Below, piece by piece: positions 1-13,633 of a stretch of 64,000 bases of DNA. This stretch comes from Elsinoe ampelina (taxonomy: Eukaryota). The stretch's first letter is position 1. Every line of letters begins with the position of its first letter. The stretch covers positions 76,677-140,676 of the forward strand of contig ML992517.1 of NCBI GenBank assembly GCA_010093995.1, written 5' to 3'. The notes below the pieces were generated by a model. That model did no database searches. It had not been told where the DNA came from and saw only the letters and a list, made by a program, of their open reading frames with translations. Made by a program: the position numbers and the translations under genes.

Positions 1-2702
1 TCGTACACGAGTCACAACAGTATTCGCATGAACGGGTGTGGCAGCTCAACCAGGTTGGTCGCCTGAGATTGTGATGTGAACAAGGAGTTGGCAACCAGCA
101 CCAGCCACACGCACAAGACAGTACAGTAGTCTGCTCTAGGTCGATCTCCCAAACAGGAGCTTCCACACCAGTGGAAAAACCTTGGCCCGCTCGTTCTCCT
201 TTCCCATTCCATGGTTCACCTGCAGTTCGGCCATGCTTTTACCGTCCGGAATTTACCCAGTCTCGTTCTGCGGACCAGTGGAAACTCTGGAGTAGGACGA
301 ACATGATTACGAGGGTCTTCTTTTCGCTTGATGTCTCACCCATTTGCATGCTATTCCCTACCGAGGAATTGACGGAGCCGTCTCAGGATGCCTGTCCGGA
401 CTTTTCTTTCCCCTGACCTGCATCACGACAGGGATCAGGACGTGACATGTCAATCTCCGCCAAGTCAGATGGACTAATTCTCCGTCGACCCCAACTGATG
501 CTCAATCACTTTTTTTGCACTATCGAATTCCTGAGGGGCGCTTCCCAGGGCCAGAATTTGTCACCCACCTCCAACGAACGGGCATTTTTCTTTGGGAAGG
601 TCAAATGTTCCGAAGTGGAGACACTCCAAGATTGCGGCGACGCCGCCAGTAAAGTGCCATGCAGCGGCGCGGTTCGTCTACCGCCCTACAGCGGTTTGGG
701 AGCGGTAATGTACTGTTAGCTTGTTGCATGACGAATGGTACAGCATCGGTAACGCCCCTTTCAACGCGTGCCGAGCTTACTGACAAGGCCTAGGTCTTTT
801 AGTCGAGCAGACTACGAGCTGTTGGGGATTAATTATCCAGAACGACGGGAAAGTCTTGCCCTACTGCAGCTGTTCCGCAGCTCGTTTTACTGATCATGAC
901 CGAACTTCTGTCAAAACTCTGTTGTCCAAAGACCTCGTGCCCGACCGGCGACATCCGGTACATGATTAAAACACGTGGAAGCCACCTTTTGAGCTTGGTC
1001 CGGAGCTCGCACCAGTCTGCAGTCACAAAGTGACACCACCCCGTCAGCGGATTTTGTCGCCGCAAAGTGCCTCTTCAATTCCTGGACAATGCTCATGTAG
1101 AAAGACGTCATAAATCATGCAGTGAACGCCTGCAGGAAGGGGGCATTCCGATCTCCAGGCCCAAAATCCGTGCTTTGAGCAACGCGGCCTGGATGCCGGA
1201 GATGCACCCGTCACCGCAGTAGGCGAGATTGGGGACAGTGGAGGGGGATTGTTTTTTGTTCCTGGATCATTATTTAGCGCGATCTGCCGACCCCTGGTTA
1301 CGAGATGGCCGTGGAAATGGAATGGTTCACACCACATCTGGGACCGATCGGATGAGAGTATCCAGCGTCGCGGTTTCTCCCTCCGTCGGTCGTCGGGGGG
1401 CATTTGTCGAAAAAATGGTTCCTTGCACACCCTCGGACGGGAATAACCTGAACGACTTTTCTCCTGGGCACGTCACCCACACACACACACCTTTTGAAGC
1501 TGACGATACGGTTCATGCGCCTGTTCAGAGTTTGGCAGCCTTTTGCATGCGGATGACGACAGTTTGACACTCTTTCTTCCCCCCCAAATCTTGAACGCTT
1601 CGGTCGAACCACCGATTTTCGGGGGGCTTGAGACATTAGCGGGAGGGATCCAAGCGTGCGGTCATGCACAAACTCAAGGTACAGTGTACGGGACCGAAGC
1701 GTTCACTAATTGTCCATGGAAGATGTGGTGTGAGACCAAGGTCCAAAAGCTGCCGCCGCACACTTTTCAGCACGGATCATCATGACTCCTCTCTCGGCGA
1801 ACGTCTGTGACGAGCAGGAAGCAGTTTATCGTTGAAAGTGAACGGTGTGTTGCGTCGTCCGTAAAGGACTCGGCCCGCGTACCTTTTGTGCCCTGATCTT
1901 ACGCTCCAACCTGCTCGAGTCCACACGCCAACCTTACAATTTTATCCGTCACATATCATCGATGTGCTTGGCCCATGCAAAAGCTTCGACGACCTGCGCT
2001 AGGCTTTTTAGTTCGGGCGCGCCTTTAGCTCTTTTAGCTCTCCCCTTGCCTCCGCCCTCCCGTGTCAATTGGTCCTCTGTCGGTTCGTCCGTGTAGCAAC
2101 CACTCTACTTTTGATCTCTCCAGGCCCTTCTTCTCTTTCCTTACAGGCTACAAGCAGAAATTCCACCCTTTGCGACTCGAAAGACCTCTCGACCCCCAGT
2201 GGCGTTTGCCAGGCCCGGCCTTATCCTACCCGAACCATCTCGCCGCACAATCTGTCAATCTGAGCGAACGGTTCATTCTCGGTTCTTGACCCAGCTTCCT
2301 GGCCGAAAGTTCCCTTTTTAACTCGTTCGCCTCCATTCAACTTCGACTCTTTCCGTCACAGGCCTCTCTGGCTTACGCCAACATCACTGTCGCTATCGGA
2401 TCTGGTTGCCACTGTATATAGGACCCGAGACCGTACAACTTCTTCTCTGGCAATTGCCTCTAATTTTGAGATCGACAACTACCTTTTCTCGACCGAGGTC
2501 TACCAGACCTGATAGCTACTGGACCACAGCGACAGTACAATCATCTTCTCCCAGGCACGATTGGAAGAGGTTACTAAAAAAAAACATCCGCGCATATTCA
2601 GCGTCGCTGAAATCTTCGACAGTCAGTAGTCAACCTGGCAAGTGCGCTTGCGATTCTTTCAGTTGCGCCTAACCTCACCTTCACGTGCTACCCGTGACAC
2701 TC

Positions 2703-3909
2703 ATGGATATCTCATCTTTACTCGAAAGACCTGGTGGGAGAGCACCGGAAGGGACTCCTCCCATTAGAGGTATTAGTGCTGAGCCACTCCGTTCTGACAT
2801 GAGAGGTCCGCCTTCATCAGCCACATCCCACACCTTGCCCCTCCCACCTCCAGGTCCTCCTTCGTCTTATCCTTCTGCATACCCTCCCGTATATCAGCAT
2901 CATTACACTCCCTATGCACACCAACAACATGGCTATGGTGCACCTCTCGGACATCTTCCACCCATGCAGACTGGGCCGGATCCACGAATGCAGGCACCAG
3001 CTCCTGCGCAGATGAACTATGCACAGAACAAGCGATTGGCATCTGGTGCGCATCCTGCCGAGTCGCCAGCAAAGAAGAAGCAGTCCAAGTGGAGCGCCGA
3101 GGAGGATGCTGCGATTATCGAGCTTCGAGGAAACGGCATGAAGTGGGAGGACATTTCGAGGAATCTTCCTGGCCGAAGCGCAATTAGTTGCCGATTACGA
3201 TTCCAGAACTACTTGGAGCGAAGATCCGAGTGGGATGAGGAGAAGAAGAACAAACTCGCCCGACTATATGAGCGGTAAGCTGTCCACGTGCAGGCCCTTT
3301 GGCTCAATCTAACGCAGGCACAGATTCAAGAAGGACATGTGGGAGAAGATTGCAAAGGAAATGGCTCTCCCATGGCGGGCTGCTGAAGCGATGCATTGGC
3401 AAATTGGAGAAGTCGAGATGGCCAGCAGAGCGAACGTACCCGTTTTTCACCTAGCTGGATACTCACCTTCTCAACCATCTCAAGGGTATCAAGGAGCTGC
3501 ATCGACACCCACTCAGCTGTCAGGATCAGAACGGAGAAGTGACGAAAGTGCATCTCCACGATCAGTGACTGATGGTTACCCTCCCATGCACAGCTTGCCG
3601 GAGCAATCGCGAGAAGGGTCAGCAAGACTCGAAACTTCACGACTGGCCGCCGAAAACCACGTCAATCATGTCAACCACGTCAATCACCTACATCGTAGAA
3701 ACAGCGAACTGTCCTCTCTAGCCGAACACGAAGATATATCACACGGACGTTCACCACGTCCACCAACAGCTCACGACAGTGTGACGAGCTCTCTCGTAGG
3801 AGACCGCGAAGGGACAACAGCACCCAAACAGTACCTATCTCCGTTTGCCAAAGTCGAGGAAGGACCCAGTATTCCCGATGGAAGAAGATCGCCAAACAGA
3901 GGCATCTAA
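2703..3909 (+). CDS. Myb/SANT-domain transcription factor (2 exons: 2703-3274, 3324-3909)
   Basis: Myb repeat KWSAEEDAAIIELRGNGMKWEDISRNLPGRSAISCRLRFQNYL followed by a second repeat EWDEEKKNKLARLYER|FKKDMWEKIAKEM..WRAAEAMHW; intron 3275-3323 GTAAGC..CTAAC..CAG joins the two ORFs in frame. Confidence 0.9.
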
Positions 3910-5399
3910 GCTGGTCCTCTTTTCTCACGCGTACAGCAATACAGCATTCCATTCACACTTTTGTTTCCATCATCGAAATCAACTACAGAGCCATCAAATC
4001 ACCTCGACGTCACGCAGGACCTCTCGAAGGTACTCTCTTTCGACAACCGCACACAATATGTCTTATCAGCACTAGTTTTTTTTTTTCTTCAAGAGGAAGA
4101 TATGAAGGAGAAGCAGTCGGCTAGGCAGGATCATCCTGGGAGGAGAATTTGCTTTGGTTGCATAGCGTCGGGTCTGAAAGAAACAGTTACAGAGGATATC
4201 CTCGAGGTACAGATCAGAGGATCAGCATAAACAGCAAGCACACAGTACACAGTGCATCTGCACGAGAAAGACGGCCGACAAACACCAACGAGTACCCAGA
4301 TTGTAGTCTGACGTGATACAGACACTCAATCACTTGTCTTTTTTTATTCACTCGCAGCGTAAACTTTTCAATCTACGTGTAGTAGAATCAATCAAAATGT
4401 CCCGATTTGCCCAGACCATTTCAAGCACCTGACAGACAAACTTTTCAAGGCTTTTTGATTTGACAGCTGGACAAACAAGGGTCGTCTGAGACGATCGTGT
4501 CAATCATCACAGATCCAATCACTCCTGTGGCGGAAGTACTGTGACAGGACGATCTGGACGAGACAGAGGGTCGACAGGTCTTCTGCATGCGCCACTCGTT
4601 GCAGACGAACGACAGTGCGCGAACCAGAGAGATTCGACTCCGAGGGCTAACCCAAACACCATCGGCGCCCCCACATCCCATGATCCTATCCCGGCTCGCT
4701 GTCATGAAAAAAAAAAGAACCTTGAGCCAGGCCAACCACACCCTCGTCAACTCCAGGGACAGCTCGACACTTCGGCTTACCCGATTGATACGAGTCCAAC
4801 ACGCTCCGACAGCTCGTGCCAGATAGCGCCAGTAGGGCACACACACATCTGCAGCGTGCAGGGTCTTTGTCGGAAACCCCCTCCACAGTACAGTTTCTCG
4901 GACCGCTTTGTTGGAGCTCGAACCCCAGACGCAAAGGGCTCAGTGCATTTCCTCACTCGAGGCAGATTCGGCGACGACGACTGATGAGACCGTTTCGTAC
5001 GCTCGGGTGACTGGTGAACTGGGCGGGCTTGTGCACTGTCCACATCCCGACAAGATCTGTCGATTGAGAACATCCCCGCCTGCAAACCTGCAAGCCTGCA
5101 AGCCCTGCCCGCTGCATCAGTAGTGCTCGCGAACACTTTGCTGCGAAATTCTAGCTGTCATTCTCGGAGCTCCCCTGGCGGAAGCGAGCGAGCAAACGTT
5201 TTGGTTCGTTGCCCAGAAGATCAAGCGAGAACGACCGAGGGCATCACGTATCGAAGGCTTGGCAGTGGTTGATTTTCAACAAGCTTGGAGCTGTAGCCCC
5301 CGGCTCGACGTCATCACAAAGTGTTTCGTCAAGCATTTGCCAATTTTCCGCTTGTCTGAGGAAGGGTATTCCATAGTATACAGTCCAACTCAGCAGGAC

Positions 5400-7553
5400 A
5401 TGCCGACTCTTGCTTTGGTGAATTTTAACATTGTCTGTGCTGTTCTTGGAGGGTTCGTTACGGTCTTTGGGTTGGTGTCGTATTTGTTGAAGGAGAAGTT
5501 TTATCTGTCTGAAGCACGTGAGTCTATCTCATCATCTGCTGCTCGAGCATGTATCTGCACACGAGAAGCCAAGACGCATCTTGTTTGATGCCAGAGCGGC
5601 AGTATACATCATCTCATCAAAACTCATCTGCTCACACGTGCAGTCATATCTCTCATTGCCGGCTTCATCTTTGGCCCGCACGCCACAAACTGGATACGAC
5701 CTGACGAATATGCAATACACGACCCTCTCACCCTCGAGACCATCACTCTATACTTCACCCGCCTTGTCCTCGGTGTCCAACTAGTCCTCGCAGGAGTCCA
5801 ACTGCCCTCTCGCTACCTCAAGCTAGAATGGCGCTCCCTCTCCCTCCTCCTCGGTCCTGGCATGTGCGCCATGTGGATCTGCACCTCCCTCCTCGTCTGG
5901 GGTCTAGTCCCCAACATCAACATCATCCAAGCCCTCGCCGTCGGAGCCTGCGTCACCCCCACCGATCCAGTCCTCAGCAACACCATCGTCAAGGGCAAGT
6001 TCGCAGACAAGAACATCCCTCGTGAACTCCAACGTATCATCGTCGCCGAAAGCGGCGCCAACGACGGTCTCGGCTATCCATTCCTCTTCCTCCCCCTCTA
6101 TCTCCTCAAGTACTACTACGGCCCCGACGCCACGGACGGCGGCGCAGGCAAAGCCATTGGCCTCTGGTTCAGCGAAACCTGGTGCTACGTGATCCTGCTC
6201 AGCGTCGCCTATGGCGCAGTCGTAGGCTGGTTGGCCAAAGAACTCCTCCACCTCGCCGAAGAGCGCAAATACGTCGACAGGGAATCCTTCCTCGTCTTCG
6301 CCATCGCTCTAGCCGTACGTCCCCTTTCACGTCCCCCCTCGCTTTCCTTCCCCACTGAACCCCCTCCTGAATTATCCCAGCTCTTCATAGTCGGCACCTG
6401 CGGTCTCCTCGGCACCGACGACGTCCTTGCCTGCTTCATCGCCGGCAACGCCTTCACATGGGACGACTGGTTCCGGCTCGAAACCCTCGACGACTCCCTG
6501 CAACCAACAATCGACATGCTCCTCAACGTCTCCATCTTCATCTGGTTCGGCGCCGTCGCGCCATGGCACCTCATCTCGCACAGCCCCTACGTGCCCATCT
6601 ACCGCCTACTCCCCCTCGGGCTCCTAGTCCTACTCCTAAGAAGACTCCCAATCGTCTTGGCCATGCACAAGCACATCCACCAGATCTCCAGCTGGACACA
6701 CGCAATGTTCGTCGGCTTCTTCGGCCCCATCGGCGTGAGCGCCGTATTCTACCTGTACATCGCGCGAGAATTCCTCCACGACCTCACGCTCCCAAACGGG
6801 TCGCAGAGGGAAGACGCCCACCACCTCGCGGAAATCCTGACCGTGGTAGTCTGGTTCCTCGCCCTCGCCAGCATCGTCGTGCACGGCGTGAGCATCCCCC
6901 TCGGCAAACTCGGCCTCCAGCTCCCCAGGACCATCTCGGCGGCCATCTCGTCGGACAGGAATTCTTTCGCCCCGGCCTTCTCGTCCAGCAGATCCACCAC
7001 CACCGCCGCGCCGACCGATCGCCCCGACGCAGGCGCGGATCAGCCCCGTCCGCTATCGGCGGGCATGCTTCCCCCACGCGCCTCGTCATCCCTCACTCCA
7101 CCCGTCCGCTCGACGGCGGCGATCGCAATGCGATCGGTCGTGGGGGCTGTCTCTGCCTTTGTCATGCGCGTCAAGAAGTCTTTCTCGCGGGAAGAGGCGA
7201 CGAATCCTGCTCGTGCGTCGGGGACGGGAGGGGAGGGGAACATCTCTGCTCCTTTGGAGGGGAGGGTGCTGGGCAGGGTGGTCTCGCCTTCTTCGGGTCG
7301 AGTGATGGCGGGCCAAATGGGAGACGAGGGGGGTGAGCTTGATGATGCACGTGGTCGGGACAGGGGGGATGGTGGTGGCGCTGTGGATGATGGGGAGGGG
7401 GAGGGGGAGGGGGAGGGGGTTGAGGTTGGCGGGGTGGGTGATGAGGGGAGAGGCCAGGGGTTGCGGCAGAGGGCGATGAGTTCGGCGCAGGAGGAGGGGG
7501 AGGCGGGGGTGTTGGCGAGGAGGACGATTAGGTTTGGGGATGAGATGGGGTGA
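5400..7553 (+). CDS. Na+(K+)/H+ antiporter, fungal Nha1/Cnh1-type CPA1 family (exons 5400-5517, 5644-6314, 6381-7553)
   Basis: Motifs VTPTDPVLSNTIVKGKFA, ESGANDGLGYPF, GTDDVLACFIAG, LLRRLP, GFFGPIGV; many TM segments; introns 5518-5643 (GTGAGT..CAG) and 6315-6380 (GTACGT..CAG). Confidence 0.92.
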
Positions 7554-8020
7554 GTGCATGAGGCAGGAGAGAGAGGGGCTTAGGGAACGGACTGGAGCGA
7601 GGGGACACTGGTGTGGCTGGTGTTGGCGTCGTGGAAGTACGGTGAATGTTGGTACCAACTGTACCGTTGCTGGTACTGGTTGGCCAGGAGTATATGTGAT
7701 GATTTTTGTACATAGGTTTCATCAAAAGAAGGCACTGGTAGGAAAGACACTGCCTTCTGCACCTATGAAGTGAGCTAAGCCTGGTAGTATTTGGCAAACA
7801 GGAACATCAGAGCAGCCGTAAGTGGTATCTCATTCGCACCTTGCCTATGAAAGCCCGCCGCACCATGCCATGCAGACCCCAACCATGCAACCCCAGCTAC
7901 GTACTACCACTGGCGCCCTCCATTCCCCCTGCGCCTCGTAAAACGCCGCCAGATGCCTTCCACCCTGGTAGTATCTCACCACCGCAAACTACCAGCTCCG
8001 CCCCTCCCATCCACCACTTC

Positions 8021-11000
8021 TCACATCTCTTCCCTCGGGAACTCCTCTCCCAAGCCAAAGGTAGCCTTCACGTTCATACTCAGCAGTTCCTGCACGAGTA
8101 GCTTCGCCGCATACGGTATAGTCATCTTCACAACCCCCCGGCTGGTCCCGCAGTACCCGCACCAGCCTTTGTACCCCATGAAGCCGCACTTACCGCATAC
8201 GTCGACCTCGTGCCGATCCGAACTGATCATGAGCCTCTCCAGCAACAGCTGACTGGCCCCGTAAGCGATGAGGCAGTCACGTTCCATCTCGCCTAATCGT
8301 AAGCCGCCGGCACGTGATCGTCCTTCCGTCGGCTGCCGCGTGAGAATGGCACGTGGTCCGGTGGAGCGTGCGTGCATCTTGTCCATGACCATGTGCTTGA
8401 GTTTCTGGTAGTAAATCGGTCCCATGAAGACGTAGCTGGGTAGTGCCTCCCCCGTGATGCCGCTGGTGAGGTAGTCCTTGCCTTCGTAGGAGAAGCCGTG
8501 TTTGACGAGCACGTCGGCCATGTCGACGACTTTGCTGCCGCCGAAGGCGGTGCCGTATTCGAAGCTGCCGCGCAGGATGCCGGCTTTGCCGGATAGGAGC
8601 TCCATGAGTTTGCCGACTGTCATTCGGGATGGAAACCCGTGGGGGTTCATGATGATGTCGGGGACGATGCCTTTGTCGGAGAAGGGGAGATCGACTTGCT
8701 CGGCGAGAATGCCGACGACGCCCTTTTGACCGTGGCGGGAGGAGAATTTGTCGCCGATTTCTGGACGGCGGGTCTGGCGGGTCTGGATTTTGATGAGGGT
8801 GGCATTGGAGTCGTTGGTGGTTATTTGGACTTTGTCGATGTAGGATGGGTCGGGAAGTTTGTAGGAGAGGGGCTGTTGGTTGAAGTTGTCGCGGTTGGTA
8901 GAGCCTGGTGTGGCGCTCGCCTTGGGACTCTCTTTGAGCATGTAGATCTCGTTGTTTTCCACCTCGGTACCGACCTCTACAAGACCGTCGTTACCGAGTT
9001 TCTTGTGTCGGTCGTTGGTCAAATCTCGATCTCCGATACGGTCTGCTGTGCCGTTGTTGTAAGCCTTGAGAGGCATGGAGATCTTCTTGAAGACTTGACA
9101 TCTACCGAAGCCTCGATCGCAGGACGCTTTGTTGACTACGAGAGCATCCTCAATATCGTAGCCGGAATACGACATGACAGCGACGATCGCGTTCTGTCCG
9201 GCAGGCAGCTTGTCGTACCGGATGAGCTCAATGGTTCTCGTCTTGACCATGGGCTTCTGCGGATAGACGAGGAGGTAGAGGAGGGTATCGATTCGCGAGA
9301 ACTGGTTGTAGGCGATAGCACCGATAGCTTGCTTACCCATAGCACACTGGAAGAGAAATTAGGAATGAGATCTGAGAGAATGATGGACCGCGAGCTTACT
9401 TGATAGGTGTTTCTTGGCGACTGGTTATGATGAGGGTACGGGATCAGGCCGGCGACTGCTCCAAGGATCGTGAATGGTTCAATCTCGAGATGGGTAGTGT
9501 GATGATTGATGTCGGTTTCGTAGATGGCAATGTTGGAGTCGTTCTCCTCGTTCACGTCAAGATATTCAACAATGCCTCGTGAGAGAAAGTCGTCAAATTC
9601 TAGCGTACCCTTTCGGAGAGACTCGAGGTATCGTGGAGTGACCTTTGATCGTCCTTTCTCAACCACAATCAAAGGCCGACAGATTCTGCCCTCATCCGTA
9701 GCAATGTGCAAACCATTGTGAGAGTGATTGATGTGGATACTAACGAACTCGGAAATTCTGCCCATTCGGCGAAAGTGTCGAAAGTTGTCCAGGAATCTCT
9801 TTGGTTCTCTGGTCAGAGCCACTGGTGTTCCGTTGAGAAAGATAATGTACGAGCCGGAGTCGTACAGCTCGTCTCCGCTGACTGAAGTGACCTCTTCTGC
9901 ACCCAGTACGAAGATCATCTTGTGGACAGGTTCTTCCTCGTCTGCTGTCGTGATATGTGTCATAAGTGCCAGGTTCTTTACCAGACCACAGGCTTCTCCT
10001 TCTGGCGTATCAGACGTGCAGAGCATACCGAATTGCGACGGCTGTAGTGCTCGAGGACCGGAGACTTTTCTTGTCTTCTCGAATTGTGATGTGATACGAG
10101 TCATCATACCAAGAGCGCTGATGAAGCTCAGACGGCTCAGTACGTGAGTGACACCAGCTCTGTCCATGCGGAAACGCTTGAGAGTCCAATTGCCGGACGA
10201 GATGGCTCGCTCCATTCCCATTGTGATTCGATGTTCATGCAGCTGTACGTGAAGTGAGAGATCGAGCGGTGATGTGCGGCTTGGCTTTTTGAGCACCTTG
10301 TCTACGCTGGCTCTGATCATACGGCAGAAGTCCTTGAAGAGATCCTCGAATAGGAGTGCCAGCATAGATCCTGCAAGCTCGAGACGCTTGTTACCGACGT
10401 AATCTCTGTCGTCGACCAGCTTGGGATCTTGATGCGCCATGAGTGTCCGCCGAGCCATGAAGGCAATATAGATGGCTTTTGGCCGGAAGTCCATCTTGTG
10501 GACCGTGACGTGGGGGATGACTGTGTTTGAGAGCTTCTCCACCGCTTGTTGTCTGAATGACTTCTTCTGAGCTGCATATCCAGGACCGGACATCCTATCA
10601 GGCTTGACTCGGGCTCCTACATAGTCTAGAGCTTGTTCTTGGGTAAGTACGCCGAGCCGATGGGCTTCTTCGAGGTTGACTGAGAATTCATCCTGATATC
10701 CGGAATCGCTCCCGGTCACAAGTTCCATGATCTCCTTGTCTGACTGAACCCCCATAGCCTTCAATACGATAGCGATTGGAACATCTTCGTTGAGAGAGTT
10801 GTGCTTGAGTACTAGAAGCCCCTTCTTCAACAGCACATACGTCTTCGTTTTGATGTTGGCCGTGTGACTGGTAACGGAGGCTTGGACAATGCCCTTGACA
10901 GACTCGACAATGATTCGGTTCTTACTCAGCTGCTCCTGGACGAGAATGACCTTTTCTTGCCCGCGAACAATAAAGTAGCCGCCAGGATCAATGGCGCATT

Positions 11001-11652
11001 CGTTGAGGAGGCCCATGTCGCTATTTGGTCTGCCGGTGAGTACACAACGAGAACTTCTGAGCATGACAGGCATTCGTCCGATGATGATGTTCCGAGCCTT
11101 CTTCATTCCGTAGTTGGTGGTATATTCGAAGTCGACGACGATAGGAGCAGCATAGGTCAAGTCTCGCAATCTGCATTCGTTCGGCGTTACTCCAGAATTC
11201 TGATTCCAAGCCCTATCGTTATCATCGGCGCGGGTCGGCATGCCTACACGGATGTCTGTGAAGCGGATGAACATGTTCGGATCAGCATCGCTGTGGACAA
11301 TGTTGTTGGCTTTTACGATATTCCTCAGATCCGTTTCGATGAAGTAGTTGTAAGAATCTGTGTGCTGCTTGATCAGACCTTTCACTTTCAGAAATGCTGG
11401 TAGTAAGTTCCATTTGTCTCTGGCGGTATTGATAGGATCGGTGAGGCTTTTCCCGTAATAAAAAGGCTCCAGGAGAGGTTCCATGTCGTCGCCGCCGACT
11501 GTCCTGTGCCGCCTTTCCCTGGTAGTAGGTGCCGGTATATCCTACCAGAAAGTCAGAGCCGCCACCAAAATTTTGTGAGGAGAAAGGCTTACTTGAGATT
11601 TTGAATCACTTTTCACCTCCACTGGGCCCGTCTTGCGGACTCGCGGAGGCAT
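8021..11652 (-). CDS. RPC2: RNA polymerase III second-largest subunit (exons 11652-11593, 11541-9400, 9346-8021)
   Basis: [92 protein letters not shown]; Pol III-type variants of the RPB2 motifs; canonical GT-AG introns 11542-11592 and 9347-9399. Confidence 0.96.
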
Positions 11653-13633
11653 TGCTGGTAGTATTTTGAGCTGATTCTCAGCTCAGGGAGGTGGCCATAT
11701 AAAGTGAAGTTTGATTTTGACTCATGGTCAAGGATCAAGATGCATGTGCTTGATAGAAGATCTTCAGCGGGGACCACTGCGCGGGAGCATCCGCCGCTGC
11801 TGGCGGCGAATCTTCGGCTGTCCGCTCTGGCGGCATTTCCATGCTAAAACTACCAGCATCCCACCAGCGACCTGTCATTCCCTCATAATAGTGCGGTATG
11901 ATCTGGTAGGGTAGTGGTGCGTATTGCTACCAGAGCTCTGACGTGATGATCAATGATTTTGCTGGCAATGCGTATTGTGGTAGTGAACGGGACATCCTGG
12001 TCGGGGCTTCTCGCCGCACGACTCAAGCTGCCGCCGGCATGAGACGCGATTCTCCCAGGTACTACCAGCTCACAACAGAAACATATATGTATGCGTAAGT
12101 TTGTCAGTATCATTCTGGTAGGAGTTCAGGAAAATCGTCTGCATTCACATCACCTTGAAATTCTGTACAGCACAGGAGAAGCTCGTTGTTCTCGTTTCAA
12201 TCTTGAAGCTGTACCTGCTACAGCCAGCACACGACACTCTACTTGCCTACCTTGAACACGCGCCCTTTCTGGCGGCTAATAATCACTGTTCTATACGTAA
12301 ATATCATCCTCACGAGGTCGGCTATCTGGTCCACAAACACTCGCGCCCCTCTGAATATGCATCCCGTGCCAACTAGCTCGGCTGCGGGCGACCGAAGTCC
12401 AGGCTCACTAAATTCACTGGCATGGCCGACGGATTGCACGCCACTGGTATTAGTTCGCGTTGAAGTCTAGCATTTCCGAGTGTGTTATTTTGCTACGATT
12501 TCCAAGGCATGTAACACGTCAGCAGACCGATCTCAATTCAAGTCTCAAACATGATGATTTCCCATGAGATAAACACCAGACGTCAACCATGGATATGAAG
12601 ACACTTTGTTTAGGTTTAGCGGGAAGAGCTCCCCTTGTATGGCGCACGACGGTAGAGGACCCTGCTCTGCCGAGCGTGGCTGCAGGAAAGACGTGCATGA
12701 GAGTTGGTACCTGGTGTCTGCACGGATGGAGACTACTGCTCTTTATGCACTTCCGTTACATCTCTACATCGGCACATTCACAACACGAATGATCCAGGCC
12801 AGTGTACATGTACCTGGTGACCTTCCTGACCGGATGAGAGTTCCCCGGATTGATTGCTGATCCTCCAATGGACAACAACAAGCCACATCTTGGACCAGCC
12901 ACAGATGGAAGAGAGACAGGGGTCCCGCCCGTAGGTGACGGTCAACCACGGAGAGATCATGGTAATTTGGCGTGGAAAACGGAGCAATCTGTCTATTTGA
13001 GTCTGTCGCCATCTATCAAAATCAATGATCAGCACATGGCAAACATCCCTGTTGCACCTGACCAAGTTCGTGCATCACGTTCAGCAAAGTACATCAGAAA
13101 GGGTCCATCCACATGCACCGACCCAGACCATCCGGAGTTTTTGACCGTTGAACGAACATGCAAGGCACGTTGGACTGTTGTCATTTGATACTCGGTATCT
13201 GTGTGTGTAGTTATCGTAGATGGAGGGGATGTTCCTTTTGGCGGCACACCCACTTTTGCAAATGTACATCAGATGCCTTTTTGGAGACGTGAATGCCAAA
13301 ATTGCTACCGGATTGGTTTGAGCCCTCCGGCGTCTGAGCGCCGCCAACCATTGTTCACTTCGAAACCCATCCCCACTCCTCGACTCTGATTCTCTGCCGA
13401 CAAGTCCTTTACCCAACCGTCAGTCTCTACCTTTTTCGCGAACGTCGCTCCTGCGTCTCGTTCTTCAGCTTCTCATGTGTTGAGCAAAGACATCCTGCAT
13501 TGGAGGCGCGTCCCATTTCGAAGCCTTCTGGCAGGGACCTCCACACCGACCTAGACAAGCGCTGTACAGTACGATCGATTTGAAAAGAGCGGGATTGTAA
13601 AGCGTTGGATTGGATAGAAGAAACTCGAGAATC

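Noticed and set aside
11700..13600. Possible gene or ncRNA in the RPC2-Pumilio divergent spacer
   Set aside because: Only short ORFs; no tRNA, snRNA or snoRNA hallmark that I can support.
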